Of a stretch of 64,000 nucleotides of DNA, positions 21,660-31,916 are shown piece by piece (position 1 is the first letter of the stretch; each line of letters opens with the position of its first letter). The DNA is from an uncultured delta proteobacterium (GTDB taxonomy: Bacteria > Desulfobacterota > Binatia > UBA9968). Both the position numbers and the translations under genes were made by a program. The notes beneath the pieces were generated by a model that saw only the letters and a list, made by a program, of their open reading frames with translations, ran no database searches and was not told where the DNA came from. The DNA lies in assembly GCA_963804165.1 (NCBI GenBank), contig CAWDPO010000035.1, positions 1 to 64,000 on the forward strand, read 5' to 3'.

Positions 21660-21947
21660 CAGGGAACGAGGACCGCGCTGAGAAGGGCGCGCCGGCCGAA
21701 GAGATAAACAAAGCCGAGGCCGAGATCGCCACCAGTCTGAGCGAGGTGACAGCTCTGATCGAGCAGGTGCGCGCCAAGAAAAATAACTCCTCTCAGCAAA
21801 ATAGGAATTGGCAGATTGAGCTGGCCTCCTCGCCGATTCGCGCAATCCCTTCGCGCATCGAGACCTCAAAGCATCGTGCCACATTTGAGTCGGTAGATCG
21901 CATGACTACCACGCGCAAAATGCCCATCGCGGATTGATTGCGCCGCG
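21660..21947 (+). repeat. Degenerate direct-repeat copy of 29952..30240
   Basis: Shared blocks AACAAAGCCGAGGCCGAGATCG, GAGGTGACAGCTCTGATCGAGC, GCGCGCCAAGAAAAATAACTC and CCCATCGCGGATT. Confidence 0.85.
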
Positions 21948-22151
21948 AACCGAGTCCACGGGCTAGATCTGGCGGGCTTTTGTGCGCGTCTCTAGTAACC
22001 GCAGCGCTTCTCGCTTGAACTCCGGGCTAAAGCTCTTTCGCTTGGTCATCGAACGCCTCCTCAGGGATTTGTTGTCCCTTTTTCGGTGTGCCGTCAAACC
22101 GCGGCCTAGCTCAGCACGACCCATCTCCCGAGCAAATCAAAGATCCGATGT

Positions 22152-22327
22152 TGATAGACCAGCTCTACGAGTCTCTACTTGACCCGCCAGTCGGTCGACG
22201 GATCGGTCGATGAAAACTGGATGAAAGGCGCCATCGAGTTCACGCAGAAGACCCTAGGCGCCGCCACCAAAGAGATTACACCGAGTCAGGTCTTCGATTT
22301 CAGCTTCGCGAGAAGGCGGTGCGGTAA
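22152..22327 (+). pseudogene. Duplicated 3' end of the SBP gene 15975..16931 (copy of 16756..16932)
   Basis: Near-identical text, e.g. AACTGGATGAAAGGCGCCATCGAGTTCACGCAGAAGAC, with indels. Confidence 0.9.
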
Positions 22328-23011
22328 AATCACCTGCTTTCGCTTTTTTACCGCCCAATATGTGATTTTCTCAAACCGTTGCCGAAATCTTGAATCACCG
22401 CCGCTTCCCGGCGGCAAATGAAAGGAAGAGCTTTGCATATCCCTGCGGAGCCTGATCACCAATAATACATTGGCAGCGCGTGCCGGAATCTCACACTGCA
22501 ACGATTGGCAAACCGTCAACACGAACTTTTGGCGTTGGACTACCGAAATCTGCGCCAAGCGCACGAATCAACCCGTCCCTGAGTGCCGGCAGTTAAAGGA
22601 GTTTAGCGCACAGCTTTCTCGCGAGGTTGATATTTTGCAGGCTCAAGCTGCTTAGCTGGAGGCCGAGCGAAACAGCGCTCGACAGGATCTTGCCGACGTG
22701 ACAGATTCGATGATGCGGCTGCGCAATCGGCTGGTCGAATTGCCGCTTTTTCGAGCTGCGGTTGAAGTCCCTCGCCCGCATCGCCGCAGCGCGTTTGGGG
22801 AAGAGAATCACGGCGCTGCGTAGCGGCGCCAATCGTTAAGGGATCAGACAGATTTAGTTCGATCACTGCAGGTTGAAAAGACCAAATACTCCTGTCCAGA
22901 TTCATTTTCCTACCACAAAAGACCAAAAATTCCACTTGACAAGCGTCTCGGGTATGTTTAATGGTGCCTCAGTTTTATCTCCCCCTCTCGGTAAATATTG
23001 GAGGTGCGTCC

Positions 23012-26000
23012 ATGGAAGTTTCCAGGCGTGACTTTCTCCGGTTCTCCGTTGGCGCAGCCGGCGGTACCGCATTGGCGGGCCTTGCCGGCTCCGGGGTCAA
23101 TCTCGGACCGGTTGTCGCCCGAGCTCAAGAGCTACGAATCAAAAATGCCAAGGTGACCCCGAGCGTCTGTCCTTATTGCTCGGTCGGCTGCGGTACGCTC
23201 ATCCACACCATCGACGGCAAGATCGTTAACATCGAAGGCGATCCTCGTAGCCCCCACAATGAGGGAACGCTCTGCCCCAAGGGAGCGGCTATCTTCCAGC
23301 TTCACGTCAATCCGAATCGTCCTACGCAAGTCCTGCATCGCGCCGCGGGCGCGGCCGATTGGGAAGTGTGGGACATCGAGCGCGCGATGACTCGGATCGC
23401 CGAGCTGACCAAAAAGACGCGGGACGAGACCTTCATCGAAAAGCTTCCCAATGACAAGCTCGTCAACATGACGCCCGCCATCTTTGCGTTGGGCGGCGCC
23501 ACGCTCGAGGTCGAGTTCAACCACGTTTGCCAGAAACTCATGCGCGGCCTGGGAGTGGTCGCCATCGAGAATCAGGCACGGATATGACACAGCTCTAGCG
23601 TCCCCGGTCTGGGGACCCGATTCGGCCGCGGCGCAGCGACACTCTATCCTCGGAGCATGGCCGACTCCGACTGCATCGTCGTGATGGGTTCCAATATGGC
23701 GGAAAACCATCCCGTCGCCTTCCGCTGGCCTATGAAAGCTAAGGTCGAGCACGGCGCCAAGATCATCCACGTCGATCCACGTTTCACCCGCACCAGCGCA
23801 GTAGCTGATATTTACGCTCCGGTCCGCGCGGGATCGGACATCGCCTTCCTGGGCGGTGTCATCAATTACGTGATCAACAGCGAGAAGTGGAACAAAGATC
23901 CGTTCTTCAAGAGCTTCGTGGTGAACTACACGAATGCCGCGACGATCATCAACGAGGACTTCAAGGACACCGAAGACCTGGACGGAGTTTTTTCGGGACT
24001 ACTGCAATCCAAGGGCGGGGTAAACGAATGGCCGTTCAACGGTTTCACCAATCAGTACGACGGCGCGAGCTGGCAGTATGCTCGCACCAAAGTTGGGGCG
24101 CAGGGGGAGGCTGCCGCGTCGACCGCCCGGTCCGGCGAGACCAAGGTCAGTACCGGCGCGACCGGGCAAAAAGACGCGCCCCAGACAGCTCAGGCAGCGG
24201 CTAAGTCGTCGCAGGGGCCGCCATTCGCGCCACTGGTGGCGTCCCTGGTGAAGCCAGCGGTTCTCCGCGACGACACGCTGCAGAATCCGAGGACGGTTTT
24301 CCAGATCGTCAAGAAGCATTTCGCGCGCTACACGCCGGAGATGGTGGAGAAGAGCACCGGCTGTCCCAGGGAAATGTTTCTAAAAGTCGCCGAGACCATT
24401 CTGGCGAATTCGGGCGCGGAGCGGACGACTTCATTCGCCTACGCCGTTGCCTGGACGCAGCACACCTATGGAGTGCAAATCATCGGCGCCTGCGCGCTGC
24501 TTCAGCTTCTCCTGGGGAATATCGGCCGGCCCGGCGCGGGCGTCATGGCGCTCCGCGGCCACGCCTCCATCCAGGGCTCGACGGACGTTCCCACGCTGTA
24601 CCACTCGATCCAGGGCTATATGTCGGCGCCGACGGCGCTCAAGAAACACGACACCTTGCACGATTACCTCGCCGCTGAGACTCTGCCGACGGGCTATTGG
24701 GCGAACATGCCGAAATTCGTCGTTTCGTATCTGAAGTCCATATATGGGGACGCTGCCACCAAGGAAAACCAATTCGGCTGGGACTGGCACCCGAAGATTC
24801 TTGGCGACCACTCGCACATGGCCATGTTCGTGGCGATGAACGCAGGCAGGGTGAAGGGGATGTTTTGCGTCGGGCAGAATCCGGCCACGTCAGTGAATGC
24901 CAAGCTGGACCGGTCGGCGCTAAGGAAGCTCGAATGGCTGGTCGTGAAAGATAACTGGCTCACCGAGACCGCTACTTATTGGAAGAATGCGCCGGAGGTC
25001 AAGAAGGGCGAAGTCAAGACCGCGGATATCAAGACCGAAGTCTTTTTCCTGCCCGCCACCCAGGTCGCCGAGGTCGAAGGCACGTTCACCAACACGCAAC
25101 GCCTGCTGCAATTTCATCACAAAGCCGCCGAGGCGCCCGGCGATTGCCGGTCCGATACCTGGTTTTACTACGATCTCGGCAAGCGCTTGAAGAAACTCTA
25201 CGCGCAATCGACATCGCCGCGCGACGAGGGTTTTAAAAATCTCATCTGGGATTATGAGCACGAGAACGAAAACGAGCGCAAGAAGGGCGAGCCTTCGGCG
25301 TTGAAAATTCTAAAAGAGCTCAACGGCTTTTTCACGGCAGATCCCGCGCGTCACTGCGTTGGTTTCGGCGAGCTGGCGGACGATGGTTCGACAACGTGCG
25401 CGTCGTGGATTTACTCGGGGGTTTTGCCGGCGGCGGGCAAGAATCTCGCCGATCGACGCACACCTGACGCGCCGGGCAAACCCGGCGCTCAACTGGAGTG
25501 GGGCTGGGCATGGCCGGCGAACCGGCGGGTCATGTACAATCGCGCCTCCGCCGATCCCGAAGGAAAGCCATGGAGCGAGAGGAAAAAGTGGGTATGGTGG
25601 GATGGGGAGGCGAAAAAATGGGTCGGCTATGATGTGCCGGACTACATCGCGACGAAACCGCCCACCGACAAAGCGAAGCCAGGCGCGGCAGGCATGGATG
25701 CGCTCCCCGGCACCGCTCCTTTCATTATGCGGCCGGACGGCGTGGGTTGGCTGTTCGTGCCGGCAGGCCTGGTAGACGGGCCGCTGCCGACGCACTACGA
25801 GCCGGTCGAGTCGCCGGTCAATAACTCGCTCTACAAGCAGCAAAATAGCCCGGTCATCAAATACTGGAAGGATCCCGGCAACGAGCTGGCGAAGCTAGGC
25901 GATCCAAAGTTCCCGTATGTGATCACCACGTATCGGCTGACCGAGCACTACCTGGCGGGCGGCATGAGCCGCTGGTTGCCGTGGCTAACCGAGTTGCAGC

Positions 26001-26299
26001 CCGAACTTTTCGTCGAGATCAGTCCCGAGCTGGCGCAGGAGAAAGGCATCAAGAATCTCGACTGGTGCAAAATCTCCAGCCCGCGCACGCAGATCCGCGC
26101 GAAGGCTCTGGTCACGCGGCGCATGCAGCCATTCAAGATCGACGGCAAGGTCATCCACCAGGTCGGCATGCCCTGGCACTGGGGTTATGAAGGCTTATCG
26201 ACCGGCGACGTGGTCAACGAGCTGACGTCCCTCATCGCTGATCCGAACGTTTCGATGCACGAGGGAAAAGCGTTTGTGTGTAACGTGGAGAAAGCGTGA
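23012..26299 (+). CDS. fdnG: Formate dehydrogenase alpha subunit, selenocysteine-containing, Tat-exported
   Basis: GGAGG RBS; SRRDFLR Tat motif; CPYCSVGC..C; ENQARI-TGA(23585)-HSS in frame with ORF 23657..26299; ALRGH motif. Confidence 0.93.
23600..23616 (+). promoter_or_regulatory. SECIS element of fdh alpha
   Basis: GTCCCC-GGTCT-GGGGAC hairpin 12 nt after the UGA. Confidence 0.8.
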
Positions 26300-26300
26300 C

Positions 26301-26386
26301 GAAGAATGGAGTGATGGAATAATGGAGTACTGGAGTAATGATTTGCCGAAACCCGACACTCCATCAGTCCAACACTCCAATTCTTC
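26301..26386. repeat. 8-bp-period palindromic element (TGGAGTRA)n...(YACTCCA)n
   Basis: Tandem ATGGAGT units and inverted ACTCCA units; same family at 44975-45066 and 47247-47316. Confidence 0.75.
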
Positions 26387-26398
26387 TTAGGAGGTTTT

Positions 26399-27199
26399 AT
26401 GCCTGAGCCAATGGGATTCTACACCGACACGACGGTCTGCATCGGCTGCAAGGCGTGCGAGGTCGCCTGCAAAGAATGGAATCAGTTGCCCAGCACCAAC
26501 GGCGGCGTGAATACGTTGAGCGGCGATAGCTATGACAACACGCGCAAGCTCGACGGCATCCACTGGCGCCATGTAAAATTCATCGAGCAGTTCACTGAAG
26601 ATCGCAAGGACGGGCGCTGGCTCTTGATGAGCGACGTGTGCAAGCACTGCGTGAACGCGCCTTGCCTCGAAGTCTGTCCCACCGGTGCGATCGCGCGCAC
26701 CGAGTTCGACACGGTCGTCATTCAGTCCGACGCATGCAACGGCTGCCGAGACTGTATCTCCGCCTGTCCTTTTGGCGTCATCGATATCAACCCGGCATCG
26801 GGAATCGCCCAAAAGTGCACGCTCTGTTACGATCGGCTTCAAGTCGGTATGGAGCCCGCTTGCTCGAAGGCCTGCCCGACCGATTCGATTCAGTTCGGCA
26901 CGATCCGGGAGCTGCGCGAGACCGCCAACCAGCGAGTTGCCCAACTCCAGAAGGCGGGCGAGAGCCGCGCGTATCTTTACGGCGCGGATGAAAAAATGCT
27001 TGGCGGTCTGAACTCATTTTACTTGCTGGTGGATAAACCGGAAGTTTACGGCTTGCCGCCCGACCCGAAAATGCCCACGCGCAATCTCGCATCCGGCTCG
27101 TGGTTCTCCGTCTTGGGCGCCGTTCTGGTCGGTCTGATGGGGGTCATCAATTTTCGCAATCGCGGCGCCAGTGTCGAAGGTCGGGAGGAACGGCCATGA
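26399..27199 (+). CDS. fdnH: Formate dehydrogenase beta (4Fe-4S dicluster) subunit with C-terminal TM anchor
   Basis: CIGCKACEVAC, CKHC..APCLEVCP, CNGCRDCISACP and KCTLC..PACSKACP motifs. Confidence 0.9.
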   Translation: MPEPMGFYTDTTVCIGCKACEVACKEWNQLPSTNGGVNTLSGDSYDNTRKLDGIHWRHVKFIEQFTEDRKDGRWLLMSDVCKHCVNAPCLEVCPTGAIARTEFDTVVIQSDACNGCRDCISACPFGVIDINPASGIAQKCTLCYDRLQVGMEPACSKACPTDSIQFGTIRELRETANQRVAQLQKAGESRAYLYGADEKMLGGLNSFYLLVDKPEVYGLPPDPKMPTRNLASGSWFSVLGAVLVGLMGVINFRNRGASVEGREERP

Positions 27200-28101
27200 A
27201 TACGTTTCCCTCCAGCACCTATTTTAGCGCGCCGCCGGATTGGGGTTGGCTCATTGTTTTTTACTTTTTTTTCGGCGGCCTCGCCGGAGGAAGTTATTTT
27301 CTGGCGGTGCTCATCGATTTCTTCGGAAGAGAAGAAGACCGCCCGCTCGCGCGCCTGGGCTATTACATCGCGTTCCCGTGTATCGTGATCAGCGGCTTGC
27401 TGTTGACTCTCGATCTTACTCGGCCGCTGCGCTTCTGGCATATGCTGATCGAGTCGAACACTTTTCGCCCGATGTTCAAATATTGGTCCCCCATGTCGGT
27501 CGGATCCTGGGCGCTTTTGATATTCGGAGTATTCGCCTTGCTATCTTTTCTCGGAGCCCTTGCTGAAGACGATCGTTTGGCTTGGCCGGCCGGACGCAGA
27601 ATTCGCCCGCCTTCGATGCTGGGGCGCATCATCGGCTTGATTGGCGGACTTTTCGGATTCTACGTCGCCGGTTACACGGGGGTCCTTCTCGCCGTGACCA
27701 ACCGCCCCATCTGGTCGGACACTCCTCTCCTCGGTATGCTTTTCGTCGTTTCGGCTGCATCGATATCGGCCGCATTGATGATTCTCCTCGCGCAACGATC
27801 CCGATGGACTATGCCCGGTCTTGTCGCGCTGCACCGCATGGACACATGGGTCGTCGCGTTGGAATTTCTTGTTTTGATCGGCGTCATGATATCGCTCGGG
27901 CCCGTATTCCGCGCATGGCTGAACGCCTGGGGCCTCCTGCTCTTTTTCGGCGTCATCGTGCTGGGAATGCTTATTCCTTTGGCGCTCTTTTGGCGCCGAG
28001 AATGGCTTGGCGATCGTAACGTGACGACGGCGGCTGCATTGATCTTGGTCGGCGGCTTTATTCTTCGCCTGGTGATCGTCTTCTCGGCTCAAGGAGTGTG
28101 A
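27196..28101 (+). CDS. NrfD/PsrC family membrane anchor subunit
   Basis: YFFFGGLAGG, DLTRPLRFWH, SPMSVGSW and YTGVLL..T.RP.W motifs. Confidence 0.88.
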   Translation: MNTFPSSTYFSAPPDWGWLIVFYFFFGGLAGGSYFLAVLIDFFGREEDRPLARLGYYIAFPCIVISGLLLTLDLTRPLRFWHMLIESNTFRPMFKYWSPMSVGSWALLIFGVFALLSFLGALAEDDRLAWPAGRRIRPPSMLGRIIGLIGGLFGFYVAGYTGVLLAVTNRPIWSDTPLLGMLFVVSAASISAALMILLAQRSRWTMPGLVALHRMDTWVVALEFLVLIGVMISLGPVFRAWLNAWGLLLFFGVIVLGMLIPLALFWRREWLGDRNVTTAAALILVGGFILRLVIVFSAQGV

Positions 28102-28102
28102 T

Positions 28103-28336
28103 GTGAATCTTGCGGTGATCCTTCTAACCGCTCTTTCGTTCTACCTTGTCGGCTGCGCGAGCCCGGAGACGACGCGGACGCGCGGCGGCGGTCCGGGTGC
28201 TGACGTGGGCAACCGAGGCAAATTCGTGGAAATGCACGAAGGCTCACAACCTTTCTGGAAAACGCCGAAGATTATTCCCGCTAAACATCCACCTTTAGAC
28301 CCCGCCAACCAGGCGCATGAGCTGAGCCGCCGATGA
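28103..28336 (+). CDS. Small hypothetical lipoprotein in the fdh operon
   Basis: Hydrophobic N-terminus with lipobox LVGC; tightly coupled to both neighbours. Confidence 0.65.
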   Translation: MNLAVILLTALSFYLVGCASPETTRTRGGGPGADVGNRGKFVEMHEGSQPFWKTPKIIPAKHPPLDPANQAHELSRR

Positions 28337-29220
28337 CCACTTCCTTAAATACGGCCGTGCTGGATCTGGGTCGCCAGTATCCGGAGTGGCAGCCGTGGCT
28401 TACTGTCATCGAGGAAGTCCTGCGTGAAGCGACAGATTCGCAGTGGGAGGCGTCGGTTGCCGAGCCACCGGAGTCCCAAGAAAGCAAAGTTCCGCTGCTG
28501 GCAGGCGCCACGCTCTCCATGGACATTACTGCTGTAGGCCGTTGGTCGGAACGGCTGATGCGAGCCGCGTATCGAAGCGGCGCGCCAAAGATGTCGACGC
28601 TCAATGGAGTCCCGCAGAAGCGCTTGAACACCGTCGATCTATTCAAATCCTCGCTCTGCCAGAACGGCAAGTGGCTTGGCGAGGCCGCCGTTGAGCTTGA
28701 CGTGGACGTGGACGCGCTCCAAGCTGTAGCGCTCCTCATACCGGTTCCTTTCCTGCAAGCTTGCAACCGCCGCTGGGCGTCTTCGATCGCTGAAAGCTGG
28801 ACGGAAGGCTATTGCCCCGTGTGCGGCGCCTGGCCGGCCTTAGCCGAAGTGAGAGGGATCGAGCGCAGCCGCTACCTGCGCTGCGGGCGCTGCGGTGGCG
28901 GTTGGCAAGCTCAGTGTTTGTCTTGCCCGTATTGCGGCACGACGGACCATGAAGAGCTGGTCTCTCTCGTGCCGGAGAAAAGCGGCTCGAATGGCGCGAT
29001 CGACGCGTGCAAGCGCTGTCTCGGTTACGTCAAAACTTTTACCACGCTTCAGGGCAGTCCGCCCGCCAACGTCATGGTCGATGATCTGGCCAGCGTGGAT
29101 CTCGATATCGCGGCCCTGCAGCAAGGCTACCGACGCCCCGAGGGGGCAGGCTATTCCCTCGACATCAAAATTATACCTAAGCCGAGATTCAGCGAGAGGA
29201 TCTTGTCTTGGCGAACATGA
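28333..29220 (+). CDS. fdhE: Formate dehydrogenase accessory protein FdhE
   Basis: CPVCG, RYLRCGRC, CPYCG, CKRCLGYVK and DDLASVDLD motifs. Confidence 0.9.
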   Translation: MTTSLNTAVLDLGRQYPEWQPWLTVIEEVLREATDSQWEASVAEPPESQESKVPLLAGATLSMDITAVGRWSERLMRAAYRSGAPKMSTLNGVPQKRLNTVDLFKSSLCQNGKWLGEAAVELDVDVDALQAVALLIPVPFLQACNRRWASSIAESWTEGYCPVCGAWPALAEVRGIERSRYLRCGRCGGGWQAQCLSCPYCGTTDHEELVSLVPEKSGSNGAIDACKRCLGYVKTFTTLQGSPPANVMVDDLASVDLDIAALQQGYRRPEGAGYSLDIKIIPKPRFSERILSWRT

Positions 29221-29603
29221 GTCATTCGACGCTACGACCTGCGCAGGTTTGCGGCGCTTTACTCGCCGCGCTCGAAGCTGCCGAAGGACGGCGGCGAAGC
29301 CGTAAGCGCGACCAAACGCCCGACGCTATAGGTCTGACGATAAAGCGAGAGCTGCTCCAGCGCGCAGTGCAAGAGAATCCGAATCCTGAAGCATTCGAAG
29401 AGTGGCTGCTTCATAGCGCTCTGGCATGCGCACCGCAATCGTCCGGAGCCGTGACCGCCATGGCGCGCGCCATTTATGACGAGTGGAAGCTTGCGCATTC
29501 CATGAACGAATTCAAAATTTGGTTGGACAGCGGCGCGCCGTCCGACGATGCGAATGAAGGGAAACCCAAAGGCGGCCGATCCGAGCAGGCAGAGGCCAAA
29601 TGA
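29217..29603 (+). CDS. Hypothetical protein
   Basis: ATGA overlap with fdhE stop; coding-like composition (RKRDQTPDAIGL, FEEWLL). Confidence 0.65.
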   Translation: MSHSTLRPAQVCGALLAALEAAEGRRRSRKRDQTPDAIGLTIKRELLQRAVQENPNPEAFEEWLLHSALACAPQSSGAVTAMARAIYDEWKLAHSMNEFKIWLDSGAPSDDANEGKPKGGRSEQAEAK

Positions 29604-29705
29604 CTTATCTCTCACCGGCGGCAAAAGCTCGCGTATAGGCGGAGCCAAGGCGCTGCTCGAATTCGACGGCGAGCCGCTCATTGTTCACATCGTGCGCGCT
29701 CTTGA
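29600..29705 (+). pseudogene. mobA: N-terminal stub of molybdenum cofactor guanylyltransferase MobA
   Basis: Frame from 29611 reads LTGGKSSRIGGAKALLEFDGEPLIVHIVRAL, matching the MobA LAGG.S.RMG..KALL motif. Confidence 0.7.
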
Positions 29706-29930
29706 CTGGCTCCGCCACGGCTGTTGAGCGAGGCTCTTCCCACCCCTGTCGCCCACGGTGTAGTTTTGACGGCTGCCGAACTCAAGGAAATGATTCGCGG
29801 ATACTACCAAGCGAGAGGATTGGATGAGAGCGGCTTGGTTACGGGAAGGAAACTGCGCAAGCTGGAGATTCTCAAAGCTCCGGCCGTAGGAGTCAAGTCA
29901 TGCCAAGCGATGAAACACGCCGCGTGCTGA
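29704..29930 (+). pseudogene. C-terminal stub of an aldehyde:ferredoxin oxidoreductase (AOR family)
   Basis: DWL-PRLLSEALP...ELKEMIRGYYQARGLDESG...KLRKLEI resembles the AOR C-terminus (LP.R...YY..RGWD..G). Confidence 0.65.
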
Positions 29931-30097
29931 AGCTATTTGGCGTCGCCGTGACAGGGTACGAGGACTGCGTTGAGAAGGGTGCGCCGGCCGAGGAGATGAA
30001 CAAAGCCGAGGCCGAGATCGGCGCCAGTCTTAACGAGGTGACAGCTCTGATCGAGCGGTTGCGCGCCAAGAAAAATAACTCTTCTCAGCAAAAGTAG
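29900..30097 (+). CDS. Small hypothetical helical protein
   Basis: AGGAG RBS before ATG; a decayed copy lies at about 21660-21815. Confidence 0.6.
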   Translation: MPSDETRRVLKLFGVAVTGYEDCVEKGAPAEEMNKAEAEIGASLNEVTALIERLRAKKNNSSQQK

Positions 30098-30142
30098 GAA
30101 TTGCAAGATTGAGCTAGCCCCGCCGCCGATTCTGCAAACCCC

Positions 30143-30244
30143 TCGCGCATCGAGGCCTCAAAGCATTACCCCACACTTGAAACGATGGAAAGAATTGCTA
30201 CCGCTCTCAAAGTTCCCATCGCGGATTTGATTGCGGTGCGCTAG
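30143..30244 (+). pseudogene. C-terminal remnant of an XRE-family HTH regulator
   Basis: Reads SRIEASKHYPTLETMERIATALKVPIADLIAVR*; no start codon. Confidence 0.6.
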
Positions 30245-30388
30245 GCGTTTTGTAATGCGGTGTGACAGGAAATCTGGCCAAGTCTAGCGTTGTATAGATT
30301 TTCACTTTCGAACGAATCGTGACGCAGGTAAAATACTGGCATCAACTATTTAACTCCGCATTTGGCCTCTTCCCTGCCTAGCAATGGG

Positions 30389-30541
30389 TCATCGGTCTTT
30401 TGCATCGCTATAGCCAACACCGTAAATAGTGACAAAGAGTTCTTTTATAAGCTTCTTCTCCGAGTCGTTACAGCTTAGATGCTTGATAACAACGTCGAGA
30501 ATTGGAAATCGCTTGTTCAGGGGTTCATATGTGTCGATCAT
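30389..30541 (-). CDS. Small hypothetical protein (50 aa)
   Basis: GGAGG RBS before MIDTYEPLNK...; AT-rich region. Confidence 0.4.
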   Translation of the reverse strand: MIDTYEPLNKRFPILDVVIKHLSCNDSEKKLIKELFVTIYGVGYSDAKDR

Positions 30542-30892
30542 GTTGCACCCTCCGATGGAGGGTCGATTTTTACGGCAAATCGACCACAAATGTCAAAAGG
30601 GGGGTGATTTCAGTCTGACTTATGCTCGTCAATCCAATCGCGAGCAGCGACTAAGGCCGCGCAGGCAGACCTCAGGGCAGTGCTATCATCGTGATCGGGC
30701 GTGACGTTATGGGAAGGCTTGAATTCAGGCAGATCGTTAAATATTCCACCTAACTTTCAATTCGCGAAACTCAAATGATGCTCGTACTCGCTCAGTCCAA
30801 AGAGGGCCTATGTCTTCGTCTTTTATCTGACACATTGCTTTACCGGAATTCATTAGGGCGTGGGTTTTAGCACAACGGCGACCGTTTTCCCC

Positions 30893-31222
30893 TTAGCTCC
30901 CTCTACTCTGCACGGCTATGATCCGATCCTTGATCCTTTTGAACGTGGCATCAGGAACGACCTTTTTTGAGATCAGTTCGTCCTTTTTCTGGTAAGGACG
31001 ATTATCGACAATTCTTTGTGCGTGAGCTTCGTCAATGCCTGGAAGCGCTTTCAGGTGGTCAATCGGTGCAGAGTTAATATCCAGCGGCTTGATTCTTGTA
31101 GGGACAACAATGCGATCAGCTGGAGGTCGATTTCTAACCTCCCCTGCCTGAATCCAATCTGGCGTTAAGCCAATAGAAACGCTGGCAATGAGCGCTCCAG
31201 CCACGATGTTGCATAAAAGCAT
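30893..31222 (-). CDS. ComEA-like helix-hairpin-helix protein
   Basis: LDINSA...LKALPGIDEAHAQRIVDNRPY; signal-like N-terminus. Confidence 0.8.
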   Translation of the reverse strand: MLLCNIVAGALIASVSIGLTPDWIQAGEVRNRPPADRIVVPTRIKPLDINSAPIDHLKALPGIDEAHAQRIVDNRPYQKKDELISKKVVPDATFKRIKDRIIAVQSRGS

Positions 31223-31916
31223 AATTTGTTATCGGCTGGAGAATACTACACCGCGAAAACCAATTTAACCAGCATGCTATTCGGTCACAGCAGTGCCAGA
31301 AAGTCGACCGAAAAAGCGATCCACTCTGATTCGACCCATTACAAATTCGAAATTGAGTCATTGGAACTCGGAATGCGCCACACTGATGCCATGCTTGCTT
31401 TGCCTCAATTACGAAACCTATGCCGCATCACCGACAATCGAAGCAACCCTTCACTTTTTTGCAAGGAGAAATCGACGCTCTAACCCGATTACATTTAGTC
31501 CTGCTTTTAAACAGGCGAAGTTACCGTTCAGTCAAAGCGCGTCAAATTCTCACAGGTGGATCTGATTCCTTTATAAATTACCAACCGTCTGTTCAAAAAT
31601 CAGGGTACGGCCCTTGCTCAAGGTTGCAGTCGCCGGGGCAGGTAACCGCAACTGGATACCACATCTTGATTCCTGCCCCGGACCAAGTCACTAGCAGAAC
31701 GCTGTGCTCGCGAAATCTCGACCCTCATAACCGATTTCAACGGAACGATTTTTCACGACGAGCGGCGTGACGGTTTTTTTATGTTATCTGGTTGCGCTGT
31801 AACGAAAAGATTCGAATTAAGAACCGGGCGAGCAGGTTGCTCCCGTTTTCGATTCTATACTAGAGTGCGTGTACCTTGACGACATAGTAAGCGCCGACCG
31901 ATCGGTTTAACGCATC

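Noticed and set aside
22470-22823. Coiled-coil-like reading frame continuing through TAG 22653 (possible pyrrolysine or readthrough)
   Set aside because: No credible start or RBS, no recognisable family and no pyl context. It lies among duplication scars, so a decayed fragment is more likely.
26301-26386. Periodic repeats as possible CRISPR arrays
   Set aside because: Units are 7-9 bp with no unique spacers, and no cas genes are present.
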